From: Podarcis vaucheri
Lineage: Eukaryota
Length of the DNA stretch: 64,000 bases
Reading direction: 5' to 3' (one strand)
Assembly (NCBI GenBank): GCA_965113315.1
Contig: OZ220364.1
This document shows, in pieces, positions 48,845 to 62,480 of the stretch (position 1 is the stretch's first letter; every line of letters starts with the position of its first letter). The translations under genes and the position numbers were made by a program. The notes under the pieces were generated by a model. It was not told the DNA's origin and did not search any database. It saw nothing but the letters and a program-made list of their open reading frames with translations.

Positions 48845-50599
48845 CTTTAATAAAATCAACCAGCCCCACAGAATGTCACAAGCTTTTGGCAGAGATTTCA
48901 TTTTTCATATAGCCGCAAATAAAATATTGGCCTTTTTAAAAAACCCATCAATAATATGTACTATGAACATTTATACTTTCACAACCAGTCTTCGAGACAG
49001 GGAGGTGATAGCTGAGAAAGTCCAAATGTTCATTATACATACATATACACAGAATTGTAGAGATGGATCATCATATGTAAACAAATAATATATTTCACTT
49101 CTGAAATATAGGATGGTATTGAGCCATAAATGTTCTTTTATTAAGACTACCAGCTATTTACTGTGGCTGTGGTACAGTTTTCATTTTGCACAGAGACAAG
49201 TGCTTGGCAAACCCACCCTTTTTGCAGCCCCAGGCAAACAGAGGATCAGGAAGTCTACCAGGCCCCTTTCAAGCTGCATTTGGTTTAGTGAATCACAAGT
49301 TACGTGGGCACAATTCATTGTCTACTGTCAGCCTTTAAAGATAATTACACGCTTTCAGAAACCTCTAAAACCACAAGGGTCACAGAATCACAGCGATGAT
49401 TAAAACTTAATAGTTGTCCGCCTATATTCCTTTGAGCATCAAGGGCACCTGAACCCAGTAAATTACTACTAATAATTTCCCCCTGAAGGAGGTAGTTGGG
49501 AATACAAATCTATTTTGTCGTCAGGAAAAGTGTTGTGAGGGTCTTATTAACCAGAAGTGTCCTTCAGTGACACAGGCTGCAAAGTTGTTAGTGGTACACT
49601 TTGACATTACCTTTTGCTCCTTGTGCTAAAAAGAAGGTCATTCAACACCTTAAAAGAACATATCAAGGAATGGATTTGCTGGATGCCCAAAGTAATGTGG
49701 TACCATTAGTATTCTGTCTACTCAACAGTAATTTTTGGAAACCTAACAATGCCAACAGTTATGGCTTTTCCCATCTGCCTTGTCCCACCCTCCAGCCCAA
49801 GGAGCCTTCATAAGGGAGCTGTTTCCAGAGGAAGAACTATGAGGGGAGAGAGATTCTGTTCGCGGGGGGGGGGGGCTGGTTTCACCTGTGTGGCTCCACC
49901 TTCAGCCCAAGGAACCTTCAGAAGGGAGTTGCTTCCATGGGCATTATGCGTTTGTGTATTTTAATAAGATGAACAGAGGGTGTCGAGTGTCTGCGTGCAT
50001 GAACTTCACAGCGCTTAGTTCATCTTTTGGTTGCTATTTTGTTAATGTTGTTAATAGTGTTTTATGGATTATAAGTGCTGCATTGATTTGTTAATCCTAT
50101 GACTTTTGCTATAATTGTGATGTTTAGATTATTTTTTAGTTTCTTGATTTGTTAACAGTGTTTTATAGATTATAACTGTTTCACTGTAAATTTGTTAATT
50201 ATTCGGTATGATTTATGCTGTATTTGTGATGTTTTGTTATTGTTTGAAGGCTGCCTTGGGATTCAGTTGAATTAAAAATGACATAGAAATACTGTATAAT
50301 CAATCATATCAAAATCAAATCAATTCGGATATTAGAAATGTTTAAGAGGACAAGTGCAATAAAATGTACACAAAATACTTCTAAAATATTTTTTTCAGTG
50401 TAGCTTGACAGAGATAAAAATGCACAAAACATGTTTCATATAGATATGACAACACATGAACATTTGCACCCTTAAGGAAGTAATTAAATTGTTGCATTAG
50501 TTTCACTGGGACTTGGGCTGCAATGTAATTGTAGTTACCTGGGAGTAAGCTTCACTTCAGCCAACAGGACTTACTTCTGAGTAGATGTGGTTAGGAGTG

Positions 50600-51028
50600 T
50601 GTCAGGGAACTGACATCGGAGCTAGAGGCGGAGGGAAGGCTCGCAAATGATGCTGGAGAAGGGCCCAGCAGGGAGAGAGGCAGCTCAACAGATGGGGAAG
50701 GAAATCAGCGCAACACCAGGGATAAAAGGGGGCAGATGGGGGAATCGGCGACAGGGCTCCAGGACTCTTCACCGGACACCAGCGGGGAGAGCACGGGTCC
50801 TCCGCTACCCACGCCCTCCCTGCGGAGACTTCCGCGCAGGGAGAGTAGGAGGAGACTTGGCGTCAAACAACTTTTATGTTGGAAAAGTTTTAAGAAATGC
50901 CCACTGACGGATTCTGCTAGCGACTGAGGCAGCCACGAAGTGAAGGGCTGTCCAGACAGAAAGGTTTAACCAGGCAACATAGCCAGGAGAGACGGCAACT
51001 TACGCACGAACAACCCATACTCATTACA
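50600..51028. mobile_element. Solo LTR (429 bp), Gypsy/BEL-type termini
   Basis: TGTCA...TTACA termini, perfect 5-bp TSD GAGTG (50595-50599, 51029-51033), CpG-rich; inserted in an older short palindromic repeat. Confidence 0.85.
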
Positions 51029-51136
51029 GAGTGTATCCTTAATCATTACTAACTCTAGATTATGGTAGTTTGGGGCCACTAAATGCTAAACACATTCTCT
51101 TCAGCTACAGATGATGCGACAAACACTTGTCACTTA

Positions 51137-51232
<96 letters not shown>

Positions 51233-52154
51233 TCAAGCAATATGCCAAAGTTCGGCTTCTCACCAATTTGTCTTTGCACTGCACCTTTAGCCTATGTGTT
51301 GATTATTATAACTGTGGTAGGTATGGTTTGCGTTTTCCTCCCTTTGTTTTCATTTTGGATTATCTTCAGTGCATTTTTACAAGAAAATATGGTGCCGGTA
51401 CTCACCATGAAGTTGTTATATTTGAAAAAAAAGTGTCTATACCCTTGAGTACCCCCAGAAAAAAGCACCAATCATATTGTATGTTTATGTTGTGAAACTC
51501 CCTGAGATCTCCAGGTGAAGGGAGGTATAGAAAATTAATAAATAATAAAAGGGTATGTGTGCATTTAGGTTAGTATTGCCCCCTGGGAATGGGAGTGGAC
51601 AAACGTTTGAAAATGAAAAACTTTTACCTGATTTTATACTGAACTGAAAGAACCTCTAAATGGGCAAGTTACCATGTAGTTTTAAGTTTTTAAATTGTGA
51701 CTTGCAGTTTAGCTTGGATAAAATTTTAACTTGTCTTCAACTTTAACTGGTTTTAAATTTACCCTCTAGCTTTGATAAACTAAACTAGTTTTCACTGGTT
51801 TTATACTGAATGGAAAGCTGAATCTTTCAGCTGAGGCTTTTTCCACTTAAGACCTCACCTAGCCCTCTTAACGCAGGAAGACTTAAATCCACTTTAAGCT
51901 TGTTCTTAAAGCTAATCCTATTTTCAAAAATCTAAGATTACTAGGTCTGTATCGTGTAGAGTTATATATTAGTTGGGTTTCCTTTTATCCCTTCTCCAGA
52001 ACTGATCAATTGTATAGGCCTGCTAGCTTCTCAGAAGAGAGTTTCAGGGTGAACACTGCCATATATCTACTTTCTTCCCAGCTGGAAAATACTCTTGTTG
52101 GGGCACCAAAATGCTCCCAGTGTCTGAAAGAGGAATGAAATTAAATTGTATTTA

Positions 52155-52289
<135 letters not shown>

Positions 52290-54251
52290 TTATTGAATAT
52301 CCCCTGAGGAGGGCTCCACTCCATTTTAAAGTACGATGGTGAAGAATCCTCTTTGCCTTCCACTCTTGCTTGCCTTTTCCCTCTCTCCTTGCATAGCCAC
52401 CTTTTCACTTGTTTCAGCAGCAACTTAAACTGCATCGGAAAACAAGGATACTCCAAGGTGTGCAGTGGACCCTTTCTATGCTCCCTGGTTAGAATGCCCT
52501 GCAGAGGTTGCTGTGTGATCCTTATAACTTGATTAGTTGGCTATGTATATTAAGTTATACATGTTCACAAAAGTAATAAACCTTAGAGTACATGACCAGC
52601 TCTACTAGTGCATCCCAGTACTTTCTAGTGTTATGCTAGTTTTGCAATGTTGTCAATGACTCTCCTCCCAATCCTGGAAGTCCTACCGACTCTGCTGGTA
52701 ACCTTTTCCAGCTCTGCTGATGTCTCTCAAGTTAGAACTCTCTTACCTAAGTTGTCCTGGTGGGACAGGCAGCCCCTGGCATAATTCTCCACATTACTGC
52801 TGCCACCACATGGTAGGTCTAGGTCCCCATTTACATGACTTAATAGAGGTGGGCACCACTGGCAGAGAAAGTCTAGGTAATGTATGATGGAGAACCTGCG
52901 GGTCCTTCAAATTACAGCTCCCATAATCCTTGAGCATTGCTGAGGCTGATGGGAGTTGAAGTCCAACAAACATCTGCGGGGCAACAGTTTTCCCATCCTC
53001 CACTCCATCCTAGAGCATCTCTTAGCGCTGCTATTATGCAGGGCACATTTCCTTCCCAGTTGTTTGCGCTGTGCATTGCCCTATGGGAAAAGACTCTGAG
53101 CCTTTCCTGGCCCTCTTTTGTTTCATGCGATTGCCACAGATGTCTGCCACCTAAGCCACATAGTTCTCTGCCATGTGGGCATGGACTTTGAGACTGCTTC
53201 TATTTCTCAGTCACGCTGAGTACAGCAAAGAAACGAAAGCTTAAATGTGGCATTTCAATTATAGGCAGGATTGGAAGGGGACTTCTAGAGGTTGTTGTCA
53301 CCAAACTAAGGATACTTTAGGTGAAAGACTTAAAAATAAATAAATTCATACACAGAGGGGAGTGATAGTCCATAGGCTTCTTACCTTATTTTCACTGCTG
53401 AATTGCGTTATCACTAGAAAATTTAACTGATGTTTAATAGCAGGGTGTTTTCTTGCAATGCAGTCTTACTGTTTTTATGCTATCCCTGGAAATGGATTTG
53501 TCTGCCTTGGTTGGGGATTTGTCTCAGGAACAGACCCGTTTTATACATGAGGTACTTTTGTGAAATGTGTGCTACTAACATTAGAATCAGAGAGCATCAG
53601 CCTTATATGGAATATGACCTGGTTCAAACCAGATCACAACTAGAGTACCTGCTGATGGTCACATTTATGCTTGACAAACTGCATTACTCAGTGACTCTGC
53701 TTGCAATCTGAGACACCCTTTCCTGGGAATAAGCCCCATAGAATTCAATGGAGTTTGCTTCCAAGTGAATATGCCCAGTATTTCATTGTGAACTTACGGG
53801 TTTCATTCATCATTTGCATCCTCCTTTCATGACACCAGAGAACTGATACTACAACCTTCGCCAGAGAATAGTAACCCACCCCAGTTCTTTCTTCATAGGG
53901 TGCACTCTGTCTCAATCAGGTGTGGGAAAACTTTGCCCCTCCAGGTGTTGCTGAATTACTGCTCCCATGTTCCCTGGACATTGGCCATTCTTGCTAGGGC
54001 TGATGGGAGTTGTGGTTCAGCAACATCTGGAGAGCCAAATGTCCCCCCCCCCTTGATCCAAATAATTTTTATATTTTTGGCAAACATAAACTTTGCTCCA
54101 TTTTTAAAAAACAACAACATTTAAATGTATATCTTTTAAAGCAGAAGCACACTTTTGCTTCTGGGTTTTTCCTTAGTTCTCTCACCCAAACAGTGCTGAG
54201 TGTTTCTTGAGAGAAGGCTGAGTCTCCACTGCATGCCCTGGGGGTACTTAC

Positions 54252-54349
54252 ATTGCTTGGAGTCAGGCGTCACCTTTTCCATGAGGGCGATAAAGTTTTC
54301 CAGGAATTCAGTGTTGTTATCCGACTGGCTGAGGTCTTTGCAATATTCT
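54252..54349 (-). CDS. CACNA2D2: CACNA2D2 exon
   Basis: (R)[32 protein letters not shown]; AG/GT flanks. Confidence 0.96.
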
Positions 54350-56038
54350 CTGGGATTACGATGAAAAGATTTGTCGTTTGGAAGGATGAAAAAGTTACTG
54401 TCAGTTTTCTTCCTCTCAGAACTGCTATAATCATGACTTTGTGTGCAACGTAGGTGAGGCTGTTACCCAGTCATGTTGCTGTTGTGCCTAAGAGAACACT
54501 TTCAATACTGTCTGCATACATGTTTGAGATAGGAGTGGTGGGGGATTCCTGTAAAGATATTTGTCCTGTCCATGTGCAAGGCTGTGTGAGACATCAGTAC
54601 TTGTGTGCACTTGAAATCTATTTGTACAAATGCATTTAAACGTGGGGATGTGAGGAGGAGGAAGTAAGTGTGGAAAAGGATACGTGTAAAAACCCAAAAT
54701 ATCTTAAAAACAGATCTTCATATCGAAGATACTCATACGCTGTTCTGTATGACTTGGGCTCAATTTGGAACACAAGTGGATACAGATTGTAATCATTATT
54801 TATCTCCTGCCTTTCCCCCCAAGTGGCTTACAGATAAATTAGATGGCACTGTGCTCAATAAAGGTGGCATTTGGGTTTCCCACACTGCTATTATAGTGCC
54901 TCTCAAGAATATTAGAAGACTATTAAATAATGTGGGGCTGATCTATGAAGGAATAGTAGGCAGTCTGGGGAATTTAATGACCATATAAAAATCTGTGGCA
55001 TTCACAGATTGACTGATGCCACCCATTAGCATCTGAAACAAGAAGAACTCTATGAATACTGTGACTGCTTCTCTTCTGGATTTGTGTAGCAATTGCGCTG
55101 CTATTCTAAGAATTCAGTTGTTTAATTAAATTCCTTTAATTCCCCAACCTGGTGCCCTCCATGCTGGCTGGGGCTGTTGGGAGTTGTAGTCTAAAACCTT
55201 TGGAGGGTATCAGGTTGGAGAAGGTTGCTGTAGGGAAGGTAGCTTAATTAACCATGATACTCGCTTGAACTCCTTTAGGTTTAGAAAGACTGTGGCAAAA
55301 GAAGGCCTTCTTTCCTTCAAGCTCATCTATTATTGTGAAGTTCCAGAACTGTCCTTTATTCTGATTTTCAATATGGCCTCTACAGAAGCTTTACAGCTCT
55401 CGTAAGAAAAAAAAAGCTTCTGTTTATAAACAGGTACTGTTCGACAAAAATGGAAACTTTGGTAATCAGGATGGTTATAGTTTTATATACAGCTTTGGAA
55501 AACGGGTATGGGGGACTGCAGTTTCACCTGTGCAGTTCTAGCAATAGGTTTTCTTCTTATCCATCATTTTATCTACATTTGGTCACAGCTTCATTTAACT
55601 CTGGTTTCTTTGGTCTCTTTTTAAACACAGCTAAATAAATATGACTCCTTCATGTATGTAATGAGATCCCACAGTGGGAAACTTAAGATTCAAAGGTGAT
55701 ACAACTAATGTCTCTATTAATCCTAGTGGCATTTCCAGTAGTAGCAGCTCTCTCTAGAGCAGTGGTGGGCAACCTTTTTAAGGTCAAGGGCTACATAAGA
55801 GTCTAGATGGAAGATGAAGCCCTCTGGCTGTAAAGCACATAGCTCCCCATGAAGCCACAATACTGGATAATGATGTCTGATTGTATTCATACCACACTGG
55901 CTTCCATTACAAGCTAATGCAATTTAGGTTTCTGGGATACAGGCATTATGAATGATACAACACTGTAGTCAAAGAAGCATGACTTTTTTATGTCTTTGAG
56001 AATAATATTCCTGCCTCCTAAATGAAACTAACTCTGAC

Positions 56039-56397
56039 TAGAGATGGGCGAATGTGTCAATTTCAGTTTCTCATTTTTCAAATCTTGAGTTCGGGTCTCC
56101 ACATTTCCACATCTGTTTGAGATCCCGCCCCCCAAGTGCCAATGAAAATTTATCAGCATTTTAGTGCAAATTTCTAATACATATATATTTTTGTATGCAA
56201 TTTTGCCTACATTTTTGCAAAGCAGTTTCCCAAAATAGAATGCATTTTGTGATATTTTCACTAATCTATGTATTTATGGACCCACTTTTTCTCTAATACG
56301 TACCTTTTTGCACACATTACTTGGCTGGAGAACTGCACTGCAAAATTAGGTAGGTTTGCCTTTAAATGTGAACTGAATTGAATATCTCCCATCCCTA
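56039..56397. mobile_element. hAT-type MITE, AT-rich interior
   Basis: Termini TAGAGATGGG / CCCATCCCTA. Confidence 0.6.
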
Positions 56398-59069
56398 TCC
56401 TTAACTCGCTTGTGTTAGGTTCTCCCTAAGGAGCAAGTGCATCCCCAAATAAACAAAATAGAAAGATACAAGGATGAGCCATGGCTGTCTACAAATGAAA
56501 GATGTATACACAGCGCAAGTCACTTATATAATGTGCCACTTTATGCAGGCCTAAATCTTTTTCATTGAGACTAGTCCAGCCAATCAACTTGCTATGCTCA
56601 TTTTGAACAATCATTCTGAGGTTCCTTCTTTGTATGCTTTCCCTACAGTACATTTACTGCTTCCTACATTGGGTTTAACTGTTTCACCACAAATAATTAT
56701 TTCTGACTCTAACCCTAAAGAGCAATGGACTGAGGATGGAAAGAACTACAAGTTAGCACGGCGCATCCGAGTTTTCCCAAACATGTGTTAGCAGTTGTTA
56801 ATAATAATGCGAGCGCTGGGCATTTACAAAAGAGAATCAAAAGGAAGAGGAGATGTTTACTCCTTCATCTGCTCCCTCTATCCACCACACCTATCCACAC
56901 CCAGTCACCAAATCTCTCTCCTTTCAGTGGTCTTAGGAGGCAGGCGAGAGTAGTTGTCGGGAAGGATCAAGCCCACCACTACTTTTTATATGCAGATATG
57001 CACCTCAACCTTGCACGAGTCTTATGAGGCAGACATGGGACTGGGAACTCTGTGTTTCCTTCAGAAAGTGTCCTTTCTCCTCATCCTTTCCCAGGCTTAT
57101 TGAACAAAGCAGGAAGAATATAAGTGGAGCACACTGTAATCCAGTAGGCAGACAGACTAGCAGCAACAACTGTCCAAATTGCATTCACCATGTGTTGATG
57201 CAAACACATAGGCAATGCCTTCTGATTCAACTGTGCATCCAGGAGCACTGGTAAAGTGAGCAGGACCATAACGCAAAGGGGAAAAGCGGCAGATTAAGCA
57301 CTTGGTGACTGGAGTATGAAGGGCTGTGCTTAGGAGGCAATGAGCTTTGAGGCAAGATGGCTCAGTTTCTTGCATGAATTGAACTGTAACTTTGCACCTG
57401 GGACTCCCTTTGTTATCGTCCTTTTGCAAGAGAGGAATAACAATACTCATCTGGACAAAATTTCTGGTGTGCCATTTGGCTTCATATTTGAATGTTACTG
57501 AATTTGAAAGCTGCTTCTCCCATGAAGCTTCACACTTCAAGGAAATGGGGGACATGATAGTAGTGAGTGGAGAAGGAATGCACAAGAGAAAACCTTGAGG
57601 ACCTGTTTCATTTGTGGAACAAATCAATATTCCATAGTGCACAGACGTTCTCTGGACAGTAACAGAGAACCACTCTTCACCCACAGCAAAAAGAGAACAA
57701 GGTGGACAGCCATGCTTTGGATAGGAAAGTACATCCTTCATATAGATTGATAGGGGCTAACTCTAGGCTGTAGAAGGGGATGTATTTTCAGTACAGACTT
57801 GTATCCTCTCTCTCTTAAAAAACAACCCCACCCAGGTGATAATTTGTGCTCTTACAGACCCCACACTTCTAATGGGTTGTTGTCTATCAGGATTGCCTCC
57901 CCAGAGCGTGTGTTTGCATGCCGGCAAGTATATAAAAGACGGAGAATTATTTATTACACAGATCCTGCTGCAAATAACAGTTCTGTGTTTGGCATTATGC
58001 CAGTATACTTCTGTCTCTGGAAGCTTTCCAAGAGCTGCAGCTGTGAAGTTCTTGTGAACATTTTTCACTTGCTGGCTTTGCATTGCCAGTAGCTAATGGC
58101 TAAGGATGGAGAGAGTGAGAGTGTGCCTGGCCTCATTCCTCACTGCCTCTCAGGAGTAAAAAGTAAAGGCGGACGTTCATTTAGAGGGCTCATGACAGCA
58201 CACCATTGCACTTTCTGAGTTACTGAGTTTGCCAATCACAGTTTATGGTAGCTCCAGAGGCCTTAAGGGTTTCTCACAGCTGACAACACTGGGAGAAAAA
58301 ATCACCTACATACGGGGCTTTGGCGAAAACTGCTGAATGAATATTCAGGCATTAAGGGGCTCATGCAATGAGGGGAGAGTGGGAACATACTAGTTGACCT
58401 CAGCTCTTCCTTTTGCCTCCCCCTTGCTGGCCCGGCCACCCTCCAGTCGTTGGAGGAAAACTTCCATACCAGGAAGCCTACACAAATACAGCTGGCTTTC
58501 TGCTGTAGACCCTCTTCTCTTGTCCAACACAGAGAAGGCAATGGGAACAGTCAGGCCATCTTCACCTTAACTCATGTAATGCTAAATAGGTCTTAAAATA
58601 AACCTAATAAGAAGGCTTACCCAGTGGTGAGGGCCATGTTTCTAGGTCACCTCCAGACTGCCACTATTTTGCAGGAGGGACTTAGTCACAAAAATGACAC
58701 AGACACAGGCTTGGCCCAACCACAAAGTGGCAGAAGCCCCCGAGGCAGTACATCTATGGGTGCCCCACCGCTTCTGGCACTGGCGCTGACATGGCATCTA
58801 AATCTTGGAAGATCTCACCAGAAATTGGTACCACTTTTCTGGTGGTGGAGGTGGGGGCAGGACTGGGCAGCACATCCAGTTATGTCTCAAGCAGTGAAAT
58901 GGGATGCACTGCCCCTGCAGAAAAAATGCATTAGAAAGTGTGGGATAATTTTTGATTGACAGAAAGATGTGTAACCTCTACGCAAGCAAGTCAGGATGAA
59001 TGCTGAATCAAGAGCAAACACCATATATAACCTACACACCAGCTGTGTTCAAGGAAATCAGGATGATAC

Positions 59070-59337
59070 TCTGGACTGGAGGGCACAACTCAAACCAATG
59101 GCTTCAAGTTACAAGCAAGGAGATTCCGACCAAACATTCAGAAAAACTTTCTGACAGTAAGAGTTGCTTGGCCGGGCAACAAACTTCCATGAGAGGTGGT
59201 GGACTCTCCTTCCTTGGAGGTTTTTAATTAGAGGTTGGATGGCCACCTGTCATGGCTGCTTTAGCTGAGATTCCTGCATTGTGGGGGTTGGACTAGATGA
59301 CCCTAGGGTCTCTTCCAGCTCTTCTATGATCCTATGC
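59070..59337 (+). mobile_element. CR1 LINE 3' fragment
   Basis: AATGGCTTCAAGTTACAAG..GAAAAACTTTCTGACAGTAAGAG..GGTTGGACTAGATGACC..CTATGATCCTATG. Confidence 0.8.
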
Positions 59338-61074
59338 TGAATAGACAGGGCAAATGGAAGCACCTCTAACTCACAAAGCAAGAGTGAATCCACTTTAGTC
59401 CCTGCTGTATCATACTGCTCCCAAGGAGGTAATCAGTGTGCCTATCTTGTTAAGTTTGGCTTTCACAGAAAGCCTTAACTCTGAAGTAATTGTGCTTCAG
59501 TGTTCTGGAGACCACACAATCAATTCCTCAACAAGTATCAGGTATTGTGTAATTGAAGTCATTAACTGGTCAAACCAAGGAAGCTATATATCCATCATAG
59601 TGACTGGGCAATTACCTGTTGCATTGCACTCACATGGTGAATCACTGGAGGTGCTAGTTTCATCAGTGCATGTTGCTTCTGTTACTTACTTCAATCTCAT
59701 TAATACACTGTAGTTGAGCCAAATTCTTGCTACATTTCTCTAATGAGGGCTGAGAAAAACAGCAGTAGATGTACAGCAATACAGTGCACTCCACTTATAC
59801 ACCCCATATGTTTTTATGGACAGGCCTTTGTATTGAACAGGCCCATTTTTTTGCACTCAAATGCTTCAAGCTAACCGTTTATACTTCCTACCTGCCAGAT
59901 TCTGGAAAATGAATGCAAATAGCACTTAAAATATGCTTGTAAGAAGAGATTGAATAAGAGTCAGGCCTCACCTGTAAATGTCTGTAATCACATTTTAGGA
60001 GAGGCAGCTGAGAAGCAAAGCTATTTTACTCTGTTAATTTCCTGACTTTCCATCAATATATTGCAAGTCCTCCTACATGAGTATAAAATCATCTCAGCTG
60101 TCCACATAATTTTGTTTCTCAAAGACCTAGAAGTACACAACACTGCATCCACCAATATATCTACACAAATGTGTACAGATATATGTGCTTGCACGCCCAC
60201 AAATAGATCATTAGTGATATATGGTTTCTGAAAATTACCATGGACTATTGGCCATATTAGTATTTATGAGATATCATACAGTCTCATTAGTATGCTGTTT
60301 GGTATTATTGGTGTTAAAGGGCTAACAGATGGTGCAGCTGAAACTCAAGTGCTATCATGTGACCTTCTGTATTATGACTTGATGGAACAGGAGTCTGTTT
60401 GTTCCGATGTAGAAAGAGACCTGATTAGACGTTGTGTTGTAATGAACATTTTCCGAAGAATTTGTTTGCAGTGTTCTGGTTTCTATTTATAGAAAAAGTC
60501 TAACAAAATTGTAAATTTCCTAAAAAACAACATTAGATTCGTGTATACATTTCACATTAGTGTGACTTTGAACACTGATTTGGATGCCGACTATGTAAAG
60601 CTCTTCACTTATAGTATGGATGCTAGTGATGACTGCTGCTCACAGCACAGAGATGGGGAACTTGTGAGTTCCCAGAAGTTGTTAGACTATAGCTCCCATC
60701 AACCCTGACCACTGACCATGTTGGCAGGGGCTGATGGGAGTCCAACATCGGTTCACCTCTTATGCTCTTATGTTCTCACTGATTATGCTTTGTATAAGAG
60801 AAGCATCTTAGAATAGCAAATCTAATAGTTGTATAAATAAAAGTTAGAAATCAACACACCCTCTTCAGTATTATTCTTTTCTGTGCAAAGCTGAATTTGT
60901 GGAGGGTTAATCAAACCCATGTGATGTACAGAAATTCTCTTCTATTTTTAAAAATACCATATTAAAGATAGGAGGGACTAATAGGATCTCACCATTTCAC
61001 TTTACCCAGATGCCAAATGTAACATCAGTTTATTGGATTTTGGCTGACATTTGCCAATAAACCCCCTTCTCTGT

Positions 61075-61226
61075 CTCCCTATGGCATTTCTATCTTGGCG
61101 TTCTTTGATAGCTCATGGCAGCAGCCATCGTTATTTGACCTTCCAATTTTACCCTCAGAACAACTCTGTCAGGTATGTTAGGCTGAAAGAGAACCCAAAG
61201 TCACTCAGTGAACTTCATGACTAAGG
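61075..61226 (-). mobile_element. Old squamate SINE fragment with L2/MIR-like core (Squam3-like)
   Basis: Reverse complement reads CAGCCTAACATACCTGACAGAGTTGTTCTGAGGGTAAAA. Confidence 0.55.
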
Positions 61227-62258
61227 CAGGCTTATGAAAGTGGCTTCGTGTTTTTTTTACATATAGCAGTAGAATATTTTATCATTCCTACTGTATTAAT
61301 ATGGCCTCACAAAGGTCTTTAGCAATATTGAATCATGTACATTTTGAAAATGCTTCTTGAACAACACAGTGTCTTTATGAAAGCTTGGAAGTATTTTCAC
61401 TAATAAAAATAGTGCAGTGAGTGATTCATGCTATTGTGGTGTTTGTTTATCATTAGGTATTTTTAAATTTTGGTATTTGTGAAATCCAAAAACATAAACA
61501 AAAGTGACCCAGATCTATAATTTTTTTTCTTAGAAAAAAACTGGCAAAATGCCAGTCTTGTGTTAAAAATCATTTGGTCAATAAATCATGGGTCAAACAA
61601 ATGCTGTGTGATAGGTGCACCTAGTCAACCAAATCAAATAATGGGATATTTGGAGCAAACAACTCTTTGGGGTGGAAAATATTGGCTGAAATCATTCAGT
61701 GGGAAATCTAGATGGCATTGCACATGATTCTCCTGTCTTCCAAAGAGGGCTTTTGGCTTAGACAAACATTGTGTATTATATATAAAAATATATTTCAGAT
61801 TTAACTAACATGATGGCATGATCTCAACATGATCCAAATAGGACTGACTTATTATTTTGTGAGTATTTTCAGAAACTATACCTATATATGTATGTGCACA
61901 TAATATCTCATACGCAGGCATACATATATACTCTTCTTATGTAGGTGAGTGAACAGAAGGTGGGACCACTGCGCTGCCAACCACAGTGGCATCTCAACAA
62001 GGTGCAGGTGGCAGCTGTAGTCTCAGAGTGGCACACAGGCAGACGACAGACACAAAAAAGAAGGAAAGAAAAATGATCAAGACTTTGGCACAATGAGGAG
62101 GTGTCAGCTCAGAAGGGTGGGAGTGATGAAGTAGAATATTTAAAAGGTGTGGCAGGGAGGGAAGTGGGGATGGGAAAGGGGGCTGAGTCAGTCCCAGGAT
62201 CAGTGTTGAGGGGAGAGTGGTTGAATGGACACCTCAGCAAGCTCACACGCAAAGCTAC

Positions 62259-62319
62259 CTTGGAGCAATGAATACATGTCCCTCGGACTCAAAGCTGTTT
62301 GGCAGCAGGTATTCAAAAT
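62259..62319 (-). CDS. CACNA2D2: CACNA2D2 exon (most 5' exon found in the window)
   Basis: (D/Y)FEYLLPNSFESEGHVFIAP(R); ttgcag| and |gtagct; upstream exons lie beyond the window. Confidence 0.95.
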
Positions 62320-62399
62320 CTGCAACAGAAAGGTAACGTTATCCGGCAGGGGTTTGAAATGAGGGAAGAAGAAGGCTTCAGTCTCAGAATGTGACAGAA

Positions 62400-62480
62400 G
62401 GTAGAAAAAGAGAAAAAGAGAAAGAGAAAGAGAGGAGTAAGGGGAGAGAGAGAAAGAGAGAAAGAAAGAAAGAGAGAAAA
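62400..62480. repeat. GA-rich low-complexity tract (long pyrimidine tract on the CACNA2D2 strand)
   Basis: Direct read. Confidence 0.8.

Noticed and set aside
57157-57741. 194-aa intronic ORF on -
   Set aside because: No domain or splice support; the flanking CACNA2D2 exons join in frame without it; length is within chance expectation.
62320-62382. 63-nt in-frame alternative acceptor extension
   Set aside because: Weak GAG acceptor and an immediate in-frame TGA.
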